A stretch of 59,975 nucleotides of DNA, filler included, from Deltaproteobacteria bacterium (GCA_016218805.1; 3 parts of 3 records of this genome joined end to end with filler, not necessarily neighbours in it); one strand, 5' to 3'; positions 49,934-58,864 are shown, numbered from the whole stretch's first letter. Notes: generated by a model not told the origin, from the sequence alone. Program-made: numbers and translations.

Positions 49934-50239
49934 GCTCAATACTGAGGAAACCGGCCACTGCAGGTCAGTCGCATGCCGCACCATGGCCCGCAGGTATGCG
50001 GCGTCATCCTCCACAATCAACAGCGAAAACCGGCTGTCCCGGGACGCAGATGGGCTTGAACACATGGGCCCACCGTACGGCGGCCTCAGCCCCACCGCAC
50101 CCCCCCAATCGGGGGGTTCCGCAGTATTCTGTGGTCAACCTTGAGGTGGAGAAGGCCCGCCCCCAAGCGCGGGGTCGGTCACCTGACGGATTCCTGGGCT
50201 TGGCCGCCACCCAGTACGAAGCGCTGACGAGGAGCAACC

Positions 50240-50995
50240 ATGGCAAGCAAAAAGAAGTCCTTCAACATTGACGCATTGATCGCCAAGCTGCCCGCGGAAA
50301 GCCGCACGCGCGAGCCATCCATCCCCGCTGACACTCAGCTCAAGGAGGCACGGTTGGCCGCCACGGCGGCCAAGACCCACCGCGGCAGGTTCGCCAAGCT
50401 GCCGGAGTTTGACGTAGCCGTGGTGGACAGCCTGCCCGGCATCATTGCCGCGTATGAAAGCGCGCAGAAAGCGTGGGACCGGCAACGCGCGGCCAAGGCG
50501 CTGGGGAAGGGCAAGGTGGCGGCGCGGGCAGCGGGGGAGACGTTGCGGAGCAGCATTCTCTCCGCGGGGACCTTCCTGTTCCGCAAGCAGCCGGCGCCGT
50601 TGGCGGAGCTTGGCCGCATCAGTGAGGGCGAAGGTCTGGACGACCTCATCACCGACCTGCGGGACCTGGTCGCCCACCGCACCGACAACGCCGCGCGCTG
50701 GGCCAAGGACGTGAAGTTGCCAAAGAACGCCTTTGCCCGCTGCACGGAGCTGGCAGACCTGCTGGATGGCACCGTCGAATCCGAAGAGGCCATCTCCGCC
50801 CACGAGCACCGCAACCAGGTGGCGCTGGTGTTGGAGGACGCGCTGGCGGAGTTGCGCGAAGGCGCGGATTACCTGTTCTCTGATGAGCCCGCCCGGCTGG
50901 CGCCGTTTGTGAGCCGCTACAACGCCCGGAAAGTGGCCCGGAGTCGCCGGAAAGCGGCCAAGGCAAAGGGCGAGGCGACCGAGTCACACCGCTGA
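50240..50995 (+). CDS. Uncharacterised predicted all-helical protein (251 aa) with basic termini
   Basis: GAGGAG RBS, coding-like codon usage, no recognisable catalytic motif, Lys/Arg-rich C-tail. Confidence 0.8.
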   Translation: MASKKKSFNIDALIAKLPAESRTREPSIPADTQLKEARLAATAAKTHRGRFAKLPEFDVAVVDSLPGIIAAYESAQKAWDRQRAAKALGKGKVAARAAGETLRSSILSAGTFLFRKQPAPLAELGRISEGEGLDDLITDLRDLVAHRTDNAARWAKDVKLPKNAFARCTELADLLDGTVESEEAISAHEHRNQVALVLEDALAELREGADYLFSDEPARLAPFVSRYNARKVARSRRKAAKAKGEATESHR

Positions 50996-51000
50996 AGCCG

Positions 51001-51165
51001 CCGGTAACACCCGGAGACGGCCCGGTAACGCGCCCAGGTGACCCGGTAACCGTTACCCGGCCGTTTTCCCCTGTTACTGGCGGGCCTCGGCCTGTTACTG
51101 GCGGGTCTCGGACTGTTACTGGCGGGTCTCGGACTGTTACTGGCGGGCCTCGGACTGTTACTGGG
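51001..51165. repeat. Bidirectional repeat array with 21-bp period
   Basis: CCGGTAAC at 51001, 51022, 51043; GTTAC at 51052; then CTGTTACTGGCGGGYCTCGGM units at 51071, 51092, 51113, 51134 and a partial unit at 51155. Confidence 0.92.
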
Positions 51166-51208
51166 AGGGTTCCCCGACGAGCCCCGCTGACCGCGCCGCG
51201 TTACGCGC

Positions 51209-51876
51209 TCACCTCTGCACGCAACTGCCCGGCACCGCGTCCACGGCCACGGTGGCCGCGGGGGTGAACAGCACCTGTTCCGGCTTCACGCCCTTGTTGC
51301 GCCGCACGTCAGCAAACGCGAACCGGTTGGGATTCCCATTGGGGTCCTCCACCACGCTGCGCCGCACCTCAAAGGTGGCGCGGTCCACCCACAGGGTGAT
51401 GCTGCGGTACGCGCCCTGCGGCGCCTTGGGCACCAGCCGGACAACATGGTGCTGCGCATCCCCGGGCGCACTCTCCAGGTTGAACAACTCCGCAATGCGG
51501 CCGGTGCCGCCCAGGAACACCAGCGACGCGGTGAGCCCGTCCGCGCGGAAGCAGCGGTCCACCAGCGCCTGGTTGTCGGCGGGCTGGTAGACCCACAGCG
51601 TGGTGCCGTCCACGGCAAACGTCTTGGGCGTGGGCTCCACGTAGTCAAACCGGATGCGCCCGGGTTTCTGGAACGCCACGCGGCCGCGGCTCTTCTGGGA
51701 CCGGCCCAGCGCGCTCATTTCATATTCCTGCTCAAAGGCGGCCGTGAAATCCTTGGTGCCGTCGTAGAGCTTCTGGACGCGGGCCACCACGCGGTCCGCG
51801 GTCAGCTCCGCGGGCGCGGCGGCAGCAAGCAACGGCAACAGCAGCAGCAGGAGGGGGGACATGGGGATGGGACGCA
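51209..51876 (-). CDS. lolA: Outer-membrane lipoprotein carrier LolA family
   Basis: Signal peptide, FTAAFEQ, QKPGRIRFDY, DGTTLWVY, LFTP. Start approximate (51861-51892). Confidence 0.85.
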
Positions 51877-52002
51877 TGGTGGGCCTGGGCATTTACCAGA
51901 AACGGCGCAGCACAGGTCCCCGGGGAAGGGTGATCCTGTGCGGAGGTATCCGCCCCCGACGGCAAAGGTGCCACAGCCAAGGGGCCGGCAAGGAACCACG
52001 TC

Positions 52003-52028
52003 GTAGGGCGGGGGCTCGTCCCCCGCCC
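52003..52028 (+). repeat. GTAG-family REP-like palindrome
   Basis: GTAG overlapping a perfect 9-bp stem GGGCGGGGG-CTCGT-CCCCCGCCC. Confidence 0.6.
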
Positions 52029-52152
52029 GGGTTCCCCGACCGCCATGGTGCGTTCGAGCACACCCGCCCCATCTCCCGCATGAAGGGCAGGAACGAGCCG
52101 AAACCCGTTTCCTGCGACGTGGTGGAGGAAGCCCTTGCGTCTGAACGGCCCT

Positions 52153-52252
52153 NNNNNNNNNNNNNNNNNNNNNNNNNNNNNNNNNNNNNNNNNNNNTTAA
52201 TTAATTAANNNNNNNNNNNNNNNNNNNNNNNNNNNNNNNNNNNNNNNNNNNN
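52153..52252. other. Artificial contig linker (N44-TTAATTAATTAA-N44)
   Basis: Six-frame stop linker at 52197-52208 inside N runs. Confidence 0.97.
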
Positions 52253-52326
52253 ACGAGGTAATAGGTCAGCCCGGAGATCGCGTAGCGGCCCCAGCGGCGC
52301 TCCAGGCGAGCCAGCATGCGGTCCAT
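52253..52326 (-). CDS. N-terminus of a hypothetical (probably membrane) protein, truncated
   Basis: MDRMLARLERRWGRYAISGLTYYL..., directly downstream of DUF1844. Confidence 0.5.
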
Positions 52327-52355
52327 GGGTTCACCCCGGGTTGACGTACTGAAGG

Positions 52356-52946
52356 TCAGCGGCGCGCGCCGGGTCCGCCCTTGCGCAGCTCCGGCGGGAG
52401 GGCCTGCTTCATCGCCGCGTCCGTCACCTTCACGTACGCCATGCGCAGGTCGTACACCAGCGCCTCCATGAAGCGCTCCTCCTTGGGCTGCAGGTTCCCG
52501 CGCGTCTTCTGCTGCAGCATCGCCAGGATGTCGATGGTCTGGCGCGCCAGCGGCAGGCTCTGCTCAACCAGCCCGGTGTCCGGGTAGGGCACCAGGCCCA
52601 GCTGCATGAGCGCCTGCTGCCCCAGCGACTGCATGAACCCAATGAAATCAATTCCCGGGCCCGCGGTGCCGCCTTCGTCGTCGCCCTCGGCGGGGTAGCC
52701 GGGGGGAGCCTGCGTGCCGGGCCCCGGGGGCAGCGGCGCACCCTTGGAGGCATCCCGGGCCGGGCCTCCCTTGTCCTTGCCGGGCGCTGGCGCGGCGGCC
52801 TTGGGCAGCGGCAGGGCGGGCTCCGGCGCGCGCGGCTGGTCCGGGGGCGCGTCCTTGCGCGTGTTCCCCTCCAGGTCAAACCGGCGCCGGTCCACCACCT
52901 TGAACGCCTTGCCGCTGCCTTCCTGCTCCTTGTCCTTGTCGGCCAT
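52356..52946 (-). CDS. DUF1844 domain protein
   Basis: FKVVDRRRF N-terminus; ALMQLG..P, ARQTIDILAML..KTRGNL, LRMAYV. Confidence 0.85.
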   Translation of the reverse strand: MADKDKEQEGSGKAFKVVDRRRFDLEGNTRKDAPPDQPRAPEPALPLPKAAAPAPGKDKGGPARDASKGAPLPPGPGTQAPPGYPAEGDDEGGTAGPGIDFIGFMQSLGQQALMQLGLVPYPDTGLVEQSLPLARQTIDILAMLQQKTRGNLQPKEERFMEALVYDLRMAYVKVTDAAMKQALPPELRKGGPGARR

Positions 52947-52960
52947 GGCCTGTTCTCCGA

Positions 52961-54340
52961 TCAGATCTTGAACCCGATGACATCACGCGCGCGCCCGCGC
53001 TCAATGAGGAACTCCACCGTGCCGCGGCGGCGCGCCTTGATCACCTGCCGCCGCAGCCCTTCCAGGTCCTCCACGCTGACCGCGTCCACCTGGCGGATGA
53101 CGTCACCCGGCTGCAGGCGCGCCTTGCCCGCCTGCGCCCGGCTGTCCACGGACGTGATGACCACCCCGCCGCCCTTCACGCGGTACTTGCCCGCGTTCTG
53201 CTGCGTGATGTCCTCCACCACAATGCCCACCTGCGCGCGCAGGATCTTGTCCGCCAGCACCAGCGGAATCTCCCCGGCGGTGATGGTGACGTTGAGGTGC
53301 TCCTTGCCGCGCACCAGCTCCGCGCGGATGGTGTTGCCCGCCGTGTAGTCCCGCATCTTGGCGGAGTAGTCCGCCGCGGACATCACCGGGAAGTTCTCCA
53401 CGGCCAGAATGATGTCATTGGCGCGGATGCCCGCCTTCTGCGCCGGGCCGCCGTCCTCCACGCTGACCACCAGCACGCCTTCCTTGCGCCGCAGCCCCGC
53501 CGCCTTGGCCTGTGCGTCGTCCACGGGCCCCAGCTCCATGCCCACGTAGGCCGGGCGCACTTCGCCGTACTTGATGACGTCCTGGGCAATGCGGAACGCG
53601 CGGTTGATGGGGATGGCAAAGCCAATGCCCTGCGCGCGCTGGTAGATGGCGGTGTTGATGCCAATGAGGTCGCCGTAGATGTTGAGCAGCGCGCCCCCGG
53701 AGTTGCCCGGGTTGATGGCCGCGTCCGTCTGCACAAAGTCGTAGAACGTGACGCCTTCGCCCGCGTTGAGGTTGCGGTGCGTGGCGGAGACAATCCCCGT
53801 GGTCACCGTCTGGGACAGCCCAAACGGATTGCCAATGGCAATCACCGGCTCCCCCGGCAGCAGCGCTGAACTGTCACCAATCTTCACCGACGGCAGCGGC
53901 TCGTCCGGCTCTATGCGCAGGACGGCCAGGTCCAGGTCCGGGTCCGTGCCCAGCACCTTGGCGTTGTATTCGCGCCGGTCCATCAGCGTGACCTTGATGC
54001 GGGCCCCGCGCTGCACCACGTGGAAGTTGGTCAGCACGTAGCCCTTGGCGTCAATGATGACGCCGGAACCCAGGCTGGTGGGCTCCATGGAGGACTTGTA
54101 CTTGGGCTCAAAGAAGTCCCGGAAGAAACTCTCCGCGTCGTCACCGGTGAACACCCGGTGCCGCACCAGCTCTTCGCAGGAGATGTTCACCACCGCCGGC
54201 CCGGTGCGCTCCACCGCTTCCACCACGGCGGTGCGCCGCAGGTCACCGGTGGCGCCGGGCAGCAGACCTTCGCCCCGCGCCAGCCCCGGCGCAGGAACGG
54301 CCAGGCCCACCGCGCAGGCCAGCAGGGCCATCCGCCTCAT
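52961..54340 (-). CDS. HtrA/DegP-family periplasmic serine protease (trypsin + 2 PDZ)
   Basis: GSGVII, TNFHVV, DLAVL, GNPFGL, QTDAAINPGNSGG, two PDZ domains. Confidence 0.94.
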   Translation of the reverse strand: MRRMALLACAVGLAVPAPGLARGEGLLPGATGDLRRTAVVEAVERTGPAVVNISCEELVRHRVFTGDDAESFFRDFFEPKYKSSMEPTSLGSGVIIDAKGYVLTNFHVVQRGARIKVTLMDRREYNAKVLGTDPDLDLAVLRIEPDEPLPSVKIGDSSALLPGEPVIAIGNPFGLSQTVTTGIVSATHRNLNAGEGVTFYDFVQTDAAINPGNSGGALLNIYGDLIGINTAIYQRAQGIGFAIPINRAFRIAQDVIKYGEVRPAYVGMELGPVDDAQAKAAGLRRKEGVLVVSVEDGGPAQKAGIRANDIILAVENFPVMSAADYSAKMRDYTAGNTIRAELVRGKEHLNVTITAGEIPLVLADKILRAQVGIVVEDITQQNAGKYRVKGGGVVITSVDSRAQAGKARLQPGDVIRQVDAVSVEDLEGLRRQVIKARRRGTVEFLIERGRARDVIGFKI

Positions 54341-54537
54341 GATGCGGCGGCCTCGTCGTCGGTGTCGTCCTCGGAGGAGGGCTCAGGGAGGGCCAGGCTG
54401 TCATACTGGCCTTCCAGGTCCGGCAGGTCCTTGAGGTACGCCTTGTAGTCCTTGTCGGAGATCACGCCCTTGCGGACGTAGCGCGCCACCACGCGCCTAT
54501 CGAGATGCTTGATGTCCATGCCCTTGCTGGTTGCCAT
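54337..54537 (-). CDS. Small hypothetical protein with acidic tail
   Basis: LDRRVVARYVRKGVISDKDYKAYLKDLPDL; ATGA overlap with the HtrA start. Confidence 0.7.
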   Translation of the reverse strand: MATSKGMDIKHLDRRVVARYVRKGVISDKDYKAYLKDLPDLEGQYDSLALPEPSSEDDTDDEAAAS

Positions 54538-55135
54538 GCCGTCACCATCGGGGCCCCGGACCTGCGGGCCCCCGGGGCGCTCCGCCCCGGGACGGGGTGG
54601 TGCCCATAGGAAAAAGGGGGTGCTCATATGGTGAGCGCGTGGTCCAAAGTCAAGGCGGGGTGCGGGGCGGCGCTGGCCGGTCCTGGCCGGTCCCGAGCGT
54701 CATGACGCCCGCTCTGCGTACGTGGCAGTCATGGCTCTGCGGAGCGCCGCCTGCGCGGGCGCAGTTCGTCTCCAAAGCCGGAGACGTCTTCGTCCGCGCG
54801 GACGGATGCCAGGATGGACCGCCGGCGGGTGTATCAGCCTTGGGCATGGGGGGCATGGCTGGTGCCTTCAGGGGGAGGACACTCGGCGGGCGCCTGGGCG
54901 TGCATCCGTCAGGCGGAGGATGGTGCACCAAGGACTGGGAAGCGGCCCGCCGGAAGGATGGTGGCGCGCGGAGCGGCTGCGTTGGAGAGGCATGGTGGCG
55001 CACGCGGTGGAAAGGACGCTTGGTGCGCTGACGCGCCTTCGATGGGCGCAAGAAGGACACTGCCGCTGGTCCAGGCCAAAGTTATTCATCCGGGCGTCTG
55101 CGGCACCGCGCCGGGCAGCGGCGGCGACCAAACAG

Positions 55136-55714
55136 CTACGGCTGGCTCAGCGGATCCCGGTACACCTGATCCACCGCAAACCGGACATCCAATGACGTGA
55201 GGATCACGTCCTCACCAGGGCGGTATTCACGGAGTTCCCACACGCCATCCGCATTCTTGTGTTGAACCTCAATCCGCCGCTCTCCCTGAGATACCAGGAC
55301 GTAGTCCCGCAGGCTTGGGATGAACCGGTAGTGCGCTGCCTTGGCGCCGCGGTCATAGGCCTCGGTCAAATCCGACAAGACCTCCACGAGGACCACGGGG
55401 TTTGTCGCGGCGTGGGGATCAACGGGCGAAGTCTCCAATGCCGTGCACACCACGGATTCATCCGGGTAGCTGGACAGGTCTGTCTGTTCAACGCGGATGC
55501 GAAGGTCAGAGGAGTAGACGCGGCAGCGGCGGCCTTCCAGGGCGTCACGAAGGATGCCGCTCACCGCCGCGCACAGCGCGGCGTGTTCCGGAGTTCCTCC
55601 GGCCATGGCCAGCACCTGGCCGCTGAGGTACTCGTGCCTGGTGGGGCTGGTCTGCTCCAACTGCAGGTAGTCAGCATAGGAAACGGCTGCAGACAGCGCG
55701 GCGCGGGCGACCAT
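55136..55714 (-). CDS. Uma2 (DUF820) family PD-(D/E)XK endonuclease-fold protein
   Basis: RHEYLSG..AMAGG..H, SDLRIRV, YPD, VEVLS..TEAYDRGAK, YVLVSQ. Confidence 0.88.
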   Translation of the reverse strand: MVARAALSAAVSYADYLQLEQTSPTRHEYLSGQVLAMAGGTPEHAALCAAVSGILRDALEGRRCRVYSSDLRIRVEQTDLSSYPDESVVCTALETSPVDPHAATNPVVLVEVLSDLTEAYDRGAKAAHYRFIPSLRDYVLVSQGERRIEVQHKNADGVWELREYRPGEDVILTSLDVRFAVDQVYRDPLSQP

Positions 55715-55863
55715 GGGCGGAGGATAGCGCGGAGGCGATGGGGCTGTCCGCCCCGCCGCGCCCAGGGATTGAGACGGACGCGGGCAAGACCGGTAGCGGA
55801 ACTGCTTCTCATTGCCCCTGGGCACGCAACTCAACCGCTTGCGGGCGTTGGCAAGGCGCCACC

Positions 55864-57300
55864 TCAGCGCGGGTCCGGGCCCGGGCACCCTTCATCCAGG
55901 CGGAACACGCGGAAGTCCGCGTCCTCCGCCACGCGGCACGCTTTGGGCAACGCCACCGCGGGCGGCCCGTGCTCCGCGCGCACGTGCTCAATGAAGAACC
56001 GCGCACCGCGCGCCCGCTTGTCCGCGAACCACGCCGGGTCCATCTCCGCGCCGCGCGCGGTGAAGCCCTTGCGGTGGGAGAAGTACACCAGCACCGGCGC
56101 GGGCCCGCCGTTGACCACCACCCGCGCATCCGGCGGGACCTTCCCGTCCAGGAACGCCTCCAACCGCGCAAGCTCCGGCGCATCCACCCGGTACCAGTTG
56201 CGCACGCGCACCGCGGTGTTGAGCGCCATGGCCAGCACCAGCGCGCCGGGCACCCACGCCCGCCTCCCCGCGCGCTCCAGGACGTCAGGAAGCCCGCGCG
56301 CGGCCAGCAGCGCCAGCGGCGCGGTGAGTGGCAGGCTGTAGTAGACGTGCGCGTGCGTCTTCTCCGGGAATACCAGCTGAAACAGGAGGATGGCGCCCAG
56401 CCAGGCGCCGGCCAATTCGTCCCGGGTGTGCCAGGCCCGCCGCGCGCCCAGCAGCGCCAGCAGCGCGCCAATCAACGTGATGACGGAGGACGGGATGCGC
56501 AGGGCAAACACGTGCAGCCAGTAGGACGCGGTGAGCAGCACCCGCGGGTTCTCCTGCAGGTTGAAATGCCCCGCCAGACCGAAGTCACGGCTGAGGTGCA
56601 GCGAGTGCAGGTACCACGCCGTCACCGGCAGCCCGACGAGGAGGACCGCGGCGGCGAACTCGCGCACGCCCAGGCGGCGCGCGCGCCACAGCACGGCAAG
56701 CACCGGGATGCCCACGAACACCGCGGTGACCTTCACCAGGCACGCCAGCCCCAGCCAGCCCACCGTGCCCAGCAGGTGCCGCGCCCGGCCGCCGGCGGCG
56801 TACTGCGTGGCGTGGAACAGCGCGGCAATGCCCGCGGACACCATCAGCACGTCCGGCTGCACCTGGCGCGCGTTGAAGAAGAACAGCGGTGAAGTGGCCA
56901 GCGCCATCATGGCCGCGCGGCCGGTGGTGACGTCATACCGGCGCCGCCCCAGCAGGTAGAGATTCCAAAGACCCCACAGGCCCGCCAGCAGGGACAGCAC
57001 CCGCCCGTGCCAGTGCGCAAACCCGGCCACGGAGTTCACCGCGTGGATGCCCCAGTTGAACAGCGGGAACTCCATGCCGGTGATGCCGGAGTGTTCGCCG
57101 CGGGCGTCCACGCGCGGGTGCAGGATGTCTGTGTCCTCCTCCGAGAAGTTGCGCGCCACCGCGGCGGTGTCCGTCTGCCGCCACGCGTGGTCATCCAGCG
57201 GGGGCTGGGTGAGGCCGGGCAGATGCGCCAGCAGGAAGAGCACCATCACCACGGCGGGCACCGGGTCCGGGCGGGCGCGGGCCGGGATGGGCGCGCTCAT
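55864..57300 (-). CDS. ArnT/PMT-like membrane glycosyltransferase (GT-C fold)
   Basis: HAWRQTDT..VARNF, EFPLF, QPD, multiple TM helices, H.YY.LP. Confidence 0.82.
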   Translation of the reverse strand: MSAPIPARARPDPVPAVVMVLFLLAHLPGLTQPPLDDHAWRQTDTAAVARNFSEEDTDILHPRVDARGEHSGITGMEFPLFNWGIHAVNSVAGFAHWHGRVLSLLAGLWGLWNLYLLGRRRYDVTTGRAAMMALATSPLFFFNARQVQPDVLMVSAGIAALFHATQYAAGGRARHLLGTVGWLGLACLVKVTAVFVGIPVLAVLWRARRLGVREFAAAVLLVGLPVTAWYLHSLHLSRDFGLAGHFNLQENPRVLLTASYWLHVFALRIPSSVITLIGALLALLGARRAWHTRDELAGAWLGAILLFQLVFPEKTHAHVYYSLPLTAPLALLAARGLPDVLERAGRRAWVPGALVLAMALNTAVRVRNWYRVDAPELARLEAFLDGKVPPDARVVVNGGPAPVLVYFSHRKGFTARGAEMDPAWFADKRARGARFFIEHVRAEHGPPAVALPKACRVAEDADFRVFRLDEGCPGPDPR

Positions 57301-58232
57301 CCGCGCCAGGCCACGCCGTGCGTCTTCAACGCGGCCAGGAACGGCGCGGGCAGCGGCGTGCGGAAGTCCAGCGCCCGTCCCGTCGTGGGGTGGGTGAAGG
57401 AGACGCGCGCGCAGTGCAGGCAGAAGTCGTGCGAGCCCCGGTCTTCGCGGTGGCCGTAGCGCCCGTCTCCCACAATGGGATGCCCGGCCGCACGCAGGTG
57501 CCGGCGGATCTGGTGCAGGCGCCCCGTGCGCGGCAGCACCCGCAGCAGCGTGGCCGTGGGGGAGGCCGCCAGGCGTTCAAAGTCCGTGGCCGCCTCCTTG
57601 AGCTTCTTCACCTTGGCCGCGCCCGGGCGGTACCGGGCCACCATGAGCGGGTCCGTCACGGTGAAGCGCTCCGCGGTCCCGCCGTGGCACAGGGCCAGGT
57701 ACTCCTTGCGCACGCCGTCACCCTCAAACGCGTGCGCCAAGGCCTGCTCCGCCGCGCGGGACAGCGTCAGCACCACCACGCCGGAGGTTCCCCGGTCCAA
57801 CCGCCCCGCCGCGGCCGGCGGCCGCTCCGTGGTTCGGCCCGCGGCGGCCAGGAAGGCGGCCGCCCGCTCCACCAGGGACTCTCCTGCCGGCACGCCGGTG
57901 GCGCCGTGCGTGGCCATCCCCGCCGGCTTGTCCACCACGCACAGCTGGTCATCCAGCAACAGCAGGCCAAACCCGTGCTGCCGCGCCACCGCCACCAGCG
58001 CCGGCGCGGGTCCCGTGTGGGCTGCGCGGGCGGGCGGCGGCGTGACGCGCGCCGCCACCGCATCCCCCGCTGCCAGCAGCGTGCGCAATGAAGCGGCCGC
58101 ACCGTTGACCAGGATGCGCCCGCCCTTGAGCGCGCGCAGTGCGCCGGCCCGGTCCAGGCCGGGTGCCACGGTGCGCAGCGCGCGGTCCGGGCGCTGTCCG
58201 GCGGTGCTCGCGTCGACGATGAACTCAATCAC
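57297..58232 (-). CDS. RluA-family pseudouridine synthase
   Basis: S4-like N-terminus, DKPAGMATH, GRLDRGTSG, TGRLHQIRRHL, GHPIVGDGRYG, LHC. Confidence 0.9.
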   Translation of the reverse strand: MIEFIVDASTAGQRPDRALRTVAPGLDRAGALRALKGGRILVNGAAASLRTLLAAGDAVAARVTPPPARAAHTGPAPALVAVARQHGFGLLLLDDQLCVVDKPAGMATHGATGVPAGESLVERAAAFLAAAGRTTERPPAAAGRLDRGTSGVVVLTLSRAAEQALAHAFEGDGVRKEYLALCHGGTAERFTVTDPLMVARYRPGAAKVKKLKEAATDFERLAASPTATLLRVLPRTGRLHQIRRHLRAAGHPIVGDGRYGHREDRGSHDFCLHCARVSFTHPTTGRALDFRTPLPAPFLAALKTHGVAWRG

Positions 58233-58264
58233 GCGCCGCCTGCTAGCAGACGGCGGACAGACCG

Positions 58265-58864
58265 TCAGCGCCCGGCGCCGCGGAAGTCCAAGGAGGTGAG
58301 GGATTCCATGAGGCGGGTCACGCGCTCGCGCACCGCACCAAAGTTCTCTGACGACGACTTGGCCCGCACCCGCACCGCGTAGCCCCAGTGGATGAACAGC
58401 GCTTCCACCATGGTGTCATCCCGGTCCGGGCTGCTCAGGCGGTAGATCCACTCCACGTACTCAATCCCGTGCCCGGTCCGCGGCTCCAGGGACAGCTGCT
58501 GGTAGCGCAGTTGGCGGAAGTACTCGCGGTACGCGTTGAGGATGGCCGGCTGCAGGCGCGTGAGCGGCATGCTGGAGGGCACCCGCGTGGTCTCCACCCA
58601 CAACCCCACGCCGTCCGTCACCGCCTTGACGCTGACCTCTGACCCCGTGGGCACCGGCAGCAGGTTGAACAGCCGCGCCGGGTTGTCCACGTCGGTGAAC
58701 ACGCGCCAGCCCGGCTCAAACACCATGGCAAAGCCGGCCGTGTCATTCACGTACGTGGTGCTGCGGGAGTCATACCGGTCATAGGTGAGCTGGGGGGACG
58801 GCGGCGTGGCGCAGCCCACCAGCAGGCACGCGACGCCGGGGAGCAGTGAAGAACGCCGTGTCAT
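58265..58864 (-). CDS. Hypothetical lipoprotein
   Basis: MTRRSSLLPGVACLLVGC lipobox. Confidence 0.65.
   Translation of the reverse strand: MTRRSSLLPGVACLLVGCATPPSPQLTYDRYDSRSTTYVNDTAGFAMVFEPGWRVFTDVDNPARLFNLLPVPTGSEVSVKAVTDGVGLWVETTRVPSSMPLTRLQPAILNAYREYFRQLRYQQLSLEPRTGHGIEYVEWIYRLSSPDRDDTMVEALFIHWGYAVRVRAKSSSENFGAVRERVTRLMESLTSLDFRGAGR

Noticed and set aside
51001..51165. CRISPR array
   Set aside because: Period is only 21 bp, the right-arm units are contiguous with no unique spacers of CRISPR length, and there are no cas genes.
52253..52326. N-terminus of a RAYT transposase linked to the REP at 52003
   Set aside because: It lies across an artificial linker; LERRWGRYAI..LTYYL fits a membrane hypothetical protein better; too short to show an HUH motif.
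54650..55200. Several overlapping 87-166 aa ORFs
   Set aside because: Arg/Pro/Gly-rich, no motifs or clear RBS, mutually overlapping; likely non-coding.
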